A stretch of 64,000 bases of DNA from an uncultured Candidatus Saccharibacteria bacterium (GTDB lineage: Bacteria; Patescibacteriota; Minisyncoccia; Minisyncoccales; JANBVM01), in assembly GCA_964493485.1 (NCBI GenBank), contig CAZBMQ010000004.1:4340-68339 (forward strand), given 5' to 3'. The notes under the pieces were generated by a model. It was not told the DNA's origin and searched no databases. It saw only the letters and a program-made list of their open reading frames with translations. This document shows, in pieces, positions 7,089 through 14,620 of the stretch. How positions within the stretch are numbered: the first letter of the stretch is position 1; every line of letters starts with the position of its first letter. Made by a program: the position numbers and the translations under genes.

Positions 7089-8261
7089 TTATTTTATTTT
7101 TTCATCTACTATTAAATTACCAATTACTCCTCCGCCACTAGCTACATTAATTGTTCCTCTTTTAAAATAGTTTTTATATATATCTGCTCTAGCTATCACA
7201 TATAAATCCTTTACTTCTCCTTTCCCGTTGCACCAAAATGCAGGATTAATATCTAAGGTAATTACTGTATTAAATTTGGGAAGCTTAAGTCTTGGAAGCC
7301 ATTTTGCCTCATAAACTCCATATTCTCTCTTTTTTAAACATTCTTTTAAAATCTTATCCCAATGGTTAGATGATTCTTTGCGTCCAAAATAAATATCTCT
7401 CCCTGAAGAACCCTCCAACCTTTTAACCACAATGAAGTTTTTTTTCTTTTTTGCTTTTGAATAAGCTTTTTTTGAATCCAAGAAAAAGTTATTTCCTACT
7501 AACCTATTCCACCACTCCTTGTTAGGCTGTGGCATAAGCAGCCCTTTATTAGAAAGACTCTTTTTATACAACGTATTGAATATCTTTTTCTCCCCTTGAT
7601 AAGTCTTAAGTATTTCAGAAAACCACTCCGGCAATTCTTGTAAATCTTGCGGCAAAAAATCTCCATAATCAGCCCATATCCAAAAAACTTCATTATCTCT
7701 TTCTTTCTCCATAATTTCTACGGTTTGTTCAAAATTCAATAAATGAACTTCAATCTTTTCTCTCTCAAGACCTCTAACTAAAGATTTTGAAAAATTTCTT
7801 TTCAAAACACTATCCCCTGGAACAATATAAAGTGCTGAATCTCCAAATGTTTTCTTAAAAGCATCTGCAAAATTAGCACAAGTATTTGGTTGAAATTCTT
7901 TTAAGATTTCCATTGATTGATGAAGCGCTTCTCCCACAGCTATACATTCAGGAGAACGAACATTAAATTCGTAAATCCCTATAATCTCTAAAGAACCGAA
8001 GTCATAAGCTTTCATTCTTCGCCATATAGTTCGTTTTGGAATTGCAGTTCTAAAAGCAGGAACCAAATCAGCTCTTATTAATCCTGTAAAATCTGGAGGT
8101 GATATTTCCTGCCACAACTTCTTTGCTGTCAAGACAATCTTACTATATTCTTCCTGGCTTGCTACCAACAATACCTTACATATCCCAATAGGAATATCAT
8201 CTATTTTAAAATCCGGCTTGAAACAAAACAATTTCTCATTATCCAAAGGAACTATCAACAT
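7089..8261 (-). CDS. ATP-grasp-type ligase-like protein, paralog C
   Basis: 390 aa, with the same motif set as A and B: GLIRADLVP...IYEFNVRSPEC, VVKRLEGSSGRDIYFGR, LDINPAFW...GTINVASGGGVIGNLI. Confidence 0.7.
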   Translation of the reverse strand: MLIVPLDNEKLFCFKPDFKIDDIPIGICKVLLVASQEEYSKIVLTAKKLWQEISPPDFTGLIRADLVPAFRTAIPKRTIWRRMKAYDFGSLEIIGIYEFNVRSPECIAVGEALHQSMEILKEFQPNTCANFADAFKKTFGDSALYIVPGDSVLKRNFSKSLVRGLEREKIEVHLLNFEQTVEIMEKERDNEVFWIWADYGDFLPQDLQELPEWFSEILKTYQGEKKIFNTLYKKSLSNKGLLMPQPNKEWWNRLVGNNFFLDSKKAYSKAKKKKNFIVVKRLEGSSGRDIYFGRKESSNHWDKILKECLKKREYGVYEAKWLPRLKLPKFNTVITLDINPAFWCNGKGEVKDLYVIARADIYKNYFKRGTINVASGGGVIGNLIVDEKIK

Positions 8262-8302
8262 TTTCCATATCTACCTCATTCATTATTCATTTCCATATTT
8301 AC

Positions 8303-8340
8303 TTGTAAAAGAAAATCTCCCAGCTTTGCTGGGAGATTAA
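8303..8340 (-). terminator. Attenuator terminator, unit 4 (seg3:seg4)
   Basis: Minus strand AAUCUCCCAGC-AAA-GCUGGGAGAUU followed by UUCUUUUAC. The stem is a perfect 11 bp. Confidence 0.8.
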
Positions 8341-8364
8341 AGTCTATGTTTATTAATTAAAGAG

Positions 8365-8508
8365 TTAAATTTGTATCAAACTATAACCTAAACTTAAATC
8401 TCCCAGCAAGGTCTGGAGAGCAAAAAAGAAAAAAAAGAAAAACTCTACCAACCTAGTTGGGAGATTATATTGCAAAATATTTATTTTTTGGTTTTTGAAT
8501 ATCGACAT
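8365..8508 (-). CDS. Putative attenuator leader peptide with seven consecutive Phe codons (47 aa)
   Basis: Codon-by-codon hand translation: MSIFKNQKINILQYNLPTRLVEFFFFFFFALQTLLGDLSLGYSLIQI*. The Phe run (TTT TTC TTT TTT TTC TTT TTT, 8442-8422) lies between seg1 (8457-8467) and seg2 (8396-8407). Confidence 0.6.
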   Translation of the reverse strand: MSIFKNQKINILQYNLPTRLVEFFFFFFFALQTLLGDLSLGYSLIQI

Positions 8509-8531
8509 CTTAAAATCTGGAATATTTTATT

Positions 8532-8560
8532 AAAATATCAAAGCTAAAAAATCTTGTCAA
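8532..8560 (-). promoter_or_regulatory. Sigma70-type promoter of unit 4
   Basis: Minus strand TTGACA-17 nt-TATTTT, with the same geometry as units 2 and 3. Confidence 0.5.
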
Positions 8561-8577
8561 TAAAAGTCAATAAAAAA

Positions 8578-8865
8578 TTATAATGCCCCTTCTTTTTTAA
8601 GCAAAACAATCTTTTTTTTAGTTCCCAAATAATATCCCCCTGGTGTACCATTCGATTTTATGACTCTATGACAAGGAATTTTGGGGTTTCTATTTTTATT
8701 TAGCACATTCCCCACTGCCCTCCAGGCTTTAGGAAAACCTGCAACTTCTGCTACTTCTTTATAACTCATTGTTTTTCCTTTAGGAATTTTTTTTACAACC
8801 TTATATACTTTCTCTTTAAAACTTTTTTCTTTTCTAAATTTTTTATATCGCTTGTTTTTTCTCAT
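8578..8865 (-). CDS. MGMT-family protein (O6-alkylguanine-DNA alkyltransferase DNA-binding/active-site domain only)
   Basis: KGKTMSYKEVAEVAG...WRAVGNVLNKN...IPCHRVI carries the PCHRV active-site motif. At 95 aa it lacks the N-terminal domain. Confidence 0.8.
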   Translation of the reverse strand: MRKNKRYKKFRKEKSFKEKVYKVVKKIPKGKTMSYKEVAEVAGFPKAWRAVGNVLNKNRNPKIPCHRVIKSNGTPGGYYLGTKKKIVLLKKEGAL

Positions 8866-8989
8866 ACTTTTTTAAATTCATCATATTCTACTATATCTCT
8901 TAAATAATACACCTAACCCTCAATACAAATACAAAATTTTAATCTCTATTTTTTCACGATCGTACAAAATTGGAGATTAATTAGTAGGG

Positions 8990-9064
8990 CACTATTTCTC
9001 TTTTTTTTTCTTTCCTCTCTTTTTTTTCTTTCCTCTCTTTTTTTCTTTTCTTCCCTTTCTCTTC
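8990..9064. repeat. Polypyrimidine (plus) / polypurine (minus) tract with ~18-nt imperfect tandem repeat
   Basis: ctctttttttttctttcct / ctcttttttttctttcct / ctctttttttcttttcttccc. There are almost no purines on the plus strand for ~70 nt. Confidence 0.7.
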
Positions 9065-10270
9065 TTATTTCTTTCTGTATTTTTCCAAAGCTATGCCTAA
9101 AAGTCTTATGGCTTTTTTCAATTTTTCACAGGAAAGCACAAAAGCAATACGAATTTCATCTTTTCCTAATCTTTTTGTAGCATAAAATCCAGAAGCAGGA
9201 GAAACCATAACAGTTTCACCTTTAAATGAAAATTCAGTTAAAAGCCATTCTGTAAAATCATCAGAATCTTTAATAGGAAGTTTTGCTATAAGATAAAAAG
9301 CTCCTTTTGGTTTTAAACATTTTATATCTGGAATTTTAGAAAGTTCTTCAAAAACTGCATCTCTTCTTTTCTTATATTCTAACACAAGGTTCTTTATATA
9401 TTTTCTTTGATTTCTTAAAGCTGGAATTAAAGCTATTTGCTCAACCATAGGCAAGGATAAACGGGCTTGGGCTAATTTTATTGCAGAAATCACAATGTCT
9501 TTGTTTTTTGAAGCCAAACACCCTATCCTTGCCCCACAAGCACTGAATCTTTTAGAAACGCTGTCTAACAAAATAGCTCTATTTTGAGCTTTTTTAAAAT
9601 TCATAATTGAATAATGCTTTAATCCGTCATACACAAATTCACGATATGTCTCATCAGATATAATAAAAAGGTTGTGCCTCTCTGCGATATTCACAACCAT
9701 CTCTAATTCTTTTTTTGTATAAATTGTTCCTGTAGGATTATTTGGATTGCATATTAAAATCGCTTTTGTTTTCTTTGAAATCCTTTTTTCTATTTCTTTT
9801 TCCTTGGGTAAATGAAAGCCTGATTCAAACAATGTCGTTATAGGCACTAGTTTTACATTTGTGATTGCTGCATAGCTGTTGTATGTAGTATAAAAAGGTT
9901 CAAAAACAATCATTTCATCTCCTGGATTACACACCGTAGAAAAAGCAAAAAATATTGCTTCACTTCCTCCTATTGTTGCCAAAATTTCTGATAAATCAAA
10001 ATTAATTCCCAAATCTCTATAATATCTCTGCCAAGCCTCCCTCAATTCCAACATCCCCAAAGAAGAAGTATAAACCAATCTTTTTTCTCTAAACCTTCTG
10101 ATTTGGTCTAAAATTCCTCTGGGAGTCAATAGATCTGGCTGACCAATATGAATTTCATATACTTTTATTCCTCTCTTTTTAACCTTCTCTAAAATAGGAA
10201 CAAATTTTCTTATTGGAGAAAATGGGGTTTTTTGAGCCCTTTTTGAAATTTTTGGTATTTTTCTTGTCAT
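9065..10270 (-). CDS. PLP-dependent class I/II aminotransferase (AspC-like)
   Basis: 401 aa. NPNNPTG and SVSKRFSACGARIG (the PLP-Lys SxSK motif) are present. Confidence 0.85.
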   Translation of the reverse strand: MTRKIPKISKRAQKTPFSPIRKFVPILEKVKKRGIKVYEIHIGQPDLLTPRGILDQIRRFREKRLVYTSSLGMLELREAWQRYYRDLGINFDLSEILATIGGSEAIFFAFSTVCNPGDEMIVFEPFYTTYNSYAAITNVKLVPITTLFESGFHLPKEKEIEKRISKKTKAILICNPNNPTGTIYTKKELEMVVNIAERHNLFIISDETYREFVYDGLKHYSIMNFKKAQNRAILLDSVSKRFSACGARIGCLASKNKDIVISAIKLAQARLSLPMVEQIALIPALRNQRKYIKNLVLEYKKRRDAVFEELSKIPDIKCLKPKGAFYLIAKLPIKDSDDFTEWLLTEFSFKGETVMVSPASGFYATKRLGKDEIRIAFVLSCEKLKKAIRLLGIALEKYRKK

Positions 10271-10272
10271 AT

Positions 10273-10809
10273 TTATTTAATTCGAAAGCATTCTCCGTGA
10301 CCTGGATATACCACCATTCCAGGCTTCAATATGCTTCTTAATCTCTCTAAAGAAGCTAAAAGGTCTTTTTCTGAACCCCCTTTAAGGTCAGTTCTGCCAC
10401 ATCCTTCTTTAAAAAGAGTATCCCCTGTCAAAATAAACCCTTCTCCCAATAGACAGATGCTTCCTTTTGTATGTCCTGGCGTATGTATTACATTTAATAC
10501 ACTGTCTCCTATTTTTATTTTATCCCCCTCTTTTAAAAACTGGTCTGGCTCAAAATCTATAAAGTCTTTCTCCTCTTTATGAATTAAAATCTTAGCTTTG
10601 GTCTTTTTTTGTAATTCTTTTACACCTCCTGTATGATCTAAATGATAATGGGTATTGATGATATATTTTGGCTCTCCTCCTAATTCTTCAATTTCTCTTA
10701 TAATTCTTTGTATTTCTGCTCCAGGATCAACAATCCCTATCTCTTTATTTGAAATCAAAAGATAACAATTTGTCTGTAAAATTCCAACTGAAATTCTTTT
10801 AATTTGCAT
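10273..10809 (-). CDS. MBL-fold metallo-hydrolase
   Basis: NTHYHLDHTGG (HxHxDH), HTPGHTKGS and a C-terminal GHG are present. Confidence 0.85.
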   Translation of the reverse strand: MQIKRISVGILQTNCYLLISNKEIGIVDPGAEIQRIIREIEELGGEPKYIINTHYHLDHTGGVKELQKKTKAKILIHKEEKDFIDFEPDQFLKEGDKIKIGDSVLNVIHTPGHTKGSICLLGEGFILTGDTLFKEGCGRTDLKGGSEKDLLASLERLRSILKPGMVVYPGHGECFRIK

Positions 10810-10879
10810 AATCTATAAAAAAACAAACTAAGATCTATATAGATTCAAAGTTTAAAACCCGAAATTGGATATTCTACTT

Positions 10880-11479
10880 TTATTCCCACTTTACTATATA
10901 TTCATGATATTTATCTCCTCTATAAACACATTTGGTTTCTTCACAACTTACTGGTTTACCCAACACCATTTTTATTATACTTATTAAATAACCTTCCACA
11001 GTCAAGCAATGAAATGGATGGTGTTCAAAGTTTTCAACTCTTACCACTATATATTTTTTCTCTTTATTTATTTCAGTTACCTTCATATCTCCGGTTGTAT
11101 AATATCTTCTCCAAAATTTAGATGCATGCTTTGCAATCACTTCAAGAGAAACAAAATATTTCATAAAAAGTTTTACCACAAGAGACACCTTTGAATTAAA
11201 CTCCCCCATTTTAATAAATTCTTCTCTATCAAAATTGAAAAGCTTCTTGAAAACTAAAAATGTTAAAGCCTCTAACCCTATTGGATAAAGAGCCATTCCA
11301 TTCATCTCTTTGTATTTTATTGGGTAACCAAGCTTTTCTAATTCTTGTTCTACTTTTCTTAATCCTTCCTCTCCTTCTTTATAAAGAATATATTCTAAAT
11401 CTCCCATAATAGAAACACCTCTTGTTTCTCCTTTAATCTCCATTAATTTTTTAGCTGTTTCTTTTGTTAGTTCCTCCAT
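10880..11479 (-). CDS. ~200-aa Cys/His-motif sensor-like protein, family member 1 of 9 (V4R/DUF2378-like, tentative)
   Basis: Shares IKGETRG, EGEEGL, LGYPI, FYP, FMKYF, HPFHC and the C-terminus CEETKCVYRGDKYHEYIVKWE with eight paralogs in the window. Confidence 0.6.
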   Translation of the reverse strand: MEELTKETAKKLMEIKGETRGVSIMGDLEYILYKEGEEGLRKVEQELEKLGYPIKYKEMNGMALYPIGLEALTFLVFKKLFNFDREEFIKMGEFNSKVSLVVKLFMKYFVSLEVIAKHASKFWRRYYTTGDMKVTEINKEKKYIVVRVENFEHHPFHCLTVEGYLISIIKMVLGKPVSCEETKCVYRGDKYHEYIVKWE

Positions 11480-11516
11480 AAATTTTAAAAAGTTTATAAT
11501 TTGTAAATAATAAATA

Positions 11517-12116
11517 TTACCATTTTAATACAAACTCATGATATTCATCACCTCTGTGAACGCATTTTGTCTCTTGACAGGTTGCAGGGGTCCCTACTAT
11601 CATTTGAACTATTCCGGGAAAATATCCTTGAAGATCCAAACATAAAAGTGGATATCCTTGGAAATTCTTGATTTTAATGATTGCATATTTTTTTTCTTCA
11701 TCAAATTCTGGAACCTCCAAATCTCCTACTGTATAATTTTCTTTCCACATTTTAGGAGCTACCTTTATTGCTTGTTTCATTGAAAAAAAATATTTCATAA
11801 AAAGTCGAATAATAAACGAAAGCTTAGATTCAAATCTCCCCATCTCTCTAAATTTCTCATCATCGTAATTAAAGAGTCTTTTTATCGCTACTAATGTAAC
11901 AACTTCTAATCCCAAAGGATAGAAATCCATTGCTTTTATTTCTTTAAATTTTATTGGATAGCCTAATTCTGCTATTGTTTTTTCCAATTTTTTGAGCCCT
12001 TCTTCTCCTTCCTGTTTAAGAATAAAATTCCCTTCTCCTTTAAGAGACATTCCCCTTGTTTCTCCCTTTATCTTCATTAATTCTTCAAACTCCTCTTTTG
12101 AAATAATCTGAGACAT
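11517..12116 (-). CDS. Cys/His-motif sensor-like protein, family member 2 of 9
   Basis: Family motifs present; C-terminus CQETKCVHRGDEYHEFVLKW. Confidence 0.6.
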   Translation of the reverse strand: MSQIISKEEFEELMKIKGETRGMSLKGEGNFILKQEGEEGLKKLEKTIAELGYPIKFKEIKAMDFYPLGLEVVTLVAIKRLFNYDDEKFREMGRFESKLSFIIRLFMKYFFSMKQAIKVAPKMWKENYTVGDLEVPEFDEEKKYAIIKIKNFQGYPLLCLDLQGYFPGIVQMIVGTPATCQETKCVHRGDEYHEFVLKW

Positions 12117-12157
12117 AATTATATATCATTTATGTTCAAAGTTCGAGGTTGGAAATT

Positions 12158-12763
12158 TTACTCCCATTTTATTATGAACTCATGATATTCGTCTCCTCTA
12201 TGGATACACTTAGTTTCTTGGCAAGTTATTTTCCCTTTTATTACCATCCCTACTAAAGCTGGGAAATATCCTTCAAGCCCTATACAATAAACCGGATGTA
12301 AAGCAAAGTTTTCAAGCCTTATAATTATATATTTCTTTTCTTTATTTAATTCAATCACTTTTAATTCCCCTGATGTATAATACTTGTGCCACATCTTAGA
12401 TGCGCTTTTCACAATCAAATCAAGGGAACCTAAATATCTTATAAAAATCCTTATTACAGAGGGGATTTTGGCGCTAAAAGCTCCCAATGCTTTAAAATCA
12501 TCTTTTGTATAATTAAACAATTTCTTGCACGCCAACATAATAACAGGCTCCAACCCAGAAGGATAAAATTTCATTGGTTCTATTTCTTTATATTTTATTG
12601 GATAACCAAGTTTTTCTAACTCTTGTTCCAGCATTTTTACACCGTCTTTGCCTTTCCTCTTTAAAACATAGTCAAAATCATCTTTTATTGCTATCCCTCT
12701 TGTTTCTCCTTTTATTTCCTCAATTATTTTTTTAGCAAGTTCTTTATTGATAATTTCTTCCAT
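12158..12763 (-). CDS. Cys/His-motif sensor-like protein, family member 3 of 9
   Basis: Family motifs present; C-terminus CQETKCIHRGDEYHEFIIKWE. It is third in a tandem triple. Confidence 0.6.
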   Translation of the reverse strand: MEEIINKELAKKIIEEIKGETRGIAIKDDFDYVLKRKGKDGVKMLEQELEKLGYPIKYKEIEPMKFYPSGLEPVIMLACKKLFNYTKDDFKALGAFSAKIPSVIRIFIRYLGSLDLIVKSASKMWHKYYTSGELKVIELNKEKKYIIIRLENFALHPVYCIGLEGYFPALVGMVIKGKITCQETKCIHRGDEYHEFIIKWE

Positions 12764-12778
12764 ATTATTATTTATATT

Positions 12779-13537
12779 TTATATCCAAAGAGAACCTTTA
12801 CCAGGATAATTTGTAATTTTTGAAAGTAAGTGCCTATTTGCAAACTCCCATACCTTTTTTGCATTTAAAAATGTGGTTATATAAATCTGTTTATTTTTTA
12901 CTTCTCTCAATTCAAAAACTCCTTTAGGGTCGCTCCATTCGTGATTACACTTTTTATTGTTTTTTTTGATATCTATCTCTCCGTTTTTGTTTCTTTTTTC
13001 CGCCCCGCATAACATACATTTTTGATATTGATCTACCCTCAAAATCCAATAAGTCTTAGCCTTCTTTGAATTCTTTTCATTGTAAGCCTGGAAATAAGCG
13101 GCAGTTTGGATAAAATAGTCATCCCATATCTCACTGCTTGTCTTTAAATCCAAAATCCCAAGTCTTCCATCAATCTCTGCTAATACATCTAAAGTCCCGC
13201 TATAAAAGTGTTTCTTGCTTAATACTCTTTTTTCAGCTTCAAAAGCTCTCACTTTATGTCTCTGCAACCAATCTAAAAAAGCATCTACGGATGGACGAAT
13301 TTTTGGACTAATTGTGGTATTTTCTCCCAAAAGGATCTTCTCTAGGGTCTCGTGAACTAATATCCCCCACTCAATTATCTTTTTTCTTTTCCTTTCCATA
13401 GCAGAAAAGCTTTTTTGATTTGCCAACCACTTTTCAAGGGCAGGCTTTGCGATAATCCTACAAATAGATGTCACTCTTGGATACCACAGCCCATCAATTT
13501 CATAACCATGTTTTGCTTTAAAATAACTCGGGGTCAT
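12779..13537 (-). CDS. PD-(D/E)xK nuclease superfamily protein
   Basis: GTLDVLAEIDGRLGILDLKTS gives D...DxK. A C-terminal CMLCG...C..H cluster is present. Confidence 0.6.
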   Translation of the reverse strand: MTPSYFKAKHGYEIDGLWYPRVTSICRIIAKPALEKWLANQKSFSAMERKRKKIIEWGILVHETLEKILLGENTTISPKIRPSVDAFLDWLQRHKVRAFEAEKRVLSKKHFYSGTLDVLAEIDGRLGILDLKTSSEIWDDYFIQTAAYFQAYNEKNSKKAKTYWILRVDQYQKCMLCGAEKRNKNGEIDIKKNNKKCNHEWSDPKGVFELREVKNKQIYITTFLNAKKVWEFANRHLLSKITNYPGKGSLWI

Positions 13538-13550
13538 ATTTTATTGTATC

Positions 13551-13582
13551 AAAAAACCGCTTTTATAAAAAGTAAAAGCGGC
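13551..13582 (-). terminator. Intrinsic terminator after tRNA-binding protein gene
   Basis: Minus strand CCGCUUUU-9 nt-AAAAGCGG followed by UUUUUU. Confidence 0.65.
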
Positions 13583-13593
13583 AAAATATCTAT

Positions 13594-13914
13594 TTAAGAT
13601 ATTTTAGAACCTGGTGGAACTTCTTTATCGGGCACTAAAAGCACTGGCTTACCATTAAAATTAGCCGCTAAAAGCATTCCTTGACTTTTTAAACCAAAAA
13701 TAGTTCTTGGTTTTAAATTCGAAACGACTACTATCTCTTTTCCCATCACTTCTTCTGGATTATAAGCTTTAGCGATTCCTGCAATAATTTGTCTTTTTTC
13801 ATCACCTAAATCTATTTCTAACCTAAGAAGTTTCTCAGATTTTTCTACTGATTCGGCTTTAATAATCTTGGCAATTCTTAAATCTATTTTTTGAAATTCT
13901 TCAAAAGAAATCAT
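13594..13914 (-). CDS. tRNA-binding domain protein (CsaA / MetRS C-terminal EMAP-like)
   Basis: FEEFQKIDLRIAKIIKAE...LLRLEIDLGDEKRQIIAGI...VVVSNLKPR...G.SQGMLLAA is the canonical tRNA_bind OB-fold pattern. Confidence 0.85.
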   Translation of the reverse strand: MISFEEFQKIDLRIAKIIKAESVEKSEKLLRLEIDLGDEKRQIIAGIAKAYNPEEVMGKEIVVVSNLKPRTIFGLKSQGMLLAANFNGKPVLLVPDKEVPPGSKIS

Positions 13915-13919
13915 ATTTA

Positions 13920-14609
13920 TTAATCAATCAAATTTTTAACCCTTTCAAACCACTGCCCAAATTTACAATCTTCGCTGTGTTTCAAAGGTCTCTTTCCTCT
14001 AAGCAATAAGACAGCTTCCTTAAAAAGTACAGGTACACGAGAAGAATCTGTCTTAACTTCTCTCAATTCTTCTCTAAAAGGAAGTCTATTTATAAATCCA
14101 TCTTCTTTGTTAACTAAATAAAAAGCGAAATATCCTTTCCCAGGAGTAGAAAAGCCATTTTTCTCTAAAAGATAAGTATAGACATCCATCTGTAATTGAA
14201 AACTATCATAAATATTAACTTCCCTGCTTCCTGTAGATTTAAAATCCAAAGGAGCTAATTCTCCACTTTCAAACTGCAAAACATCATCTACAGCACCAAA
14301 AAGTGTAGCTTTTAGTTCAGTATCGTAATAACGAATTCCTTCGAAATTGTTCCTCCATTTATTCAATAAGGCTTGATTAGGAAAAAGCTTCGCGGGAATA
14401 TTCGAGGCTATAATAAGGGGATGATTTTCGCCTCTAGCCCGATAAGCATCAAATTCCTGCTTTAAAAGTTGGTCTACTGCTGCATTCAAACTATAAGGAT
14501 AAGGAGGCGGTCTTCGAATTCCCATACGTTTTTCTAGCCAAAAACAAAGAGGACATTCCAAAAATAAATTTAAAGAACTAGGCGATAGATTAATTTGGTT
14601 ATTTCTCAT
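13920..14609 (-). CDS. PD-(D/E)xK nuclease, Cas4/RecB-like
   Basis: N-terminus SPSSLNLFLECPLCFWLE, DFK...QLQMDVY, and a C-terminal Cys. There is no CRISPR array in the window. Confidence 0.55.
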   Translation of the reverse strand: MRNNQINLSPSSLNLFLECPLCFWLEKRMGIRRPPPYPYSLNAAVDQLLKQEFDAYRARGENHPLIIASNIPAKLFPNQALLNKWRNNFEGIRYYDTELKATLFGAVDDVLQFESGELAPLDFKSTGSREVNIYDSFQLQMDVYTYLLEKNGFSTPGKGYFAFYLVNKEDGFINRLPFREELREVKTDSSRVPVLFKEAVLLLRGKRPLKHSEDCKFGQWFERVKNLID

Positions 14610-14620
14610 ATATTTATCAT

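Noticed and set aside
2761-8470. The recurring tctcccagc / gctgggaga sequence looked at first like a CRISPR-like or dispersed repeat family.
   Set aside because: The copies alternate in orientation, come in groups of four per intergenic region with irregular spacing, and pair with each other. No uniform direct repeats with spacers exist. They are interpreted as attenuator pairing segments instead.
2828-8508. The short MS... ORFs could be RiPP (graspetide-like) precursor peptides for the adjacent ATP-grasp enzymes.
   Set aside because: This is not adopted as the primary reading but is not excluded. The variable part is a homopolymeric hydrophobic run (FFFFFFF, LLLLL) rather than a Ser/Thr/Lys/Asp/Glu-rich core. 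The conserved peptide segments coincide exactly with RNA pairing segments that co-vary in unit 1. One unit precedes no ligase at all.
8939-8980. An 8-bp AT-rich inverted repeat, ttaatctc ... gagattaa, resembles the attenuator core (AATCTC) and lies upstream of the MGMT-family gene.
   Set aside because: The stem is short and AT-rich with a 26-nt loop. No U-tract or associated short ORF is present. The similarity to the attenuator core may be chance in AT-rich DNA.
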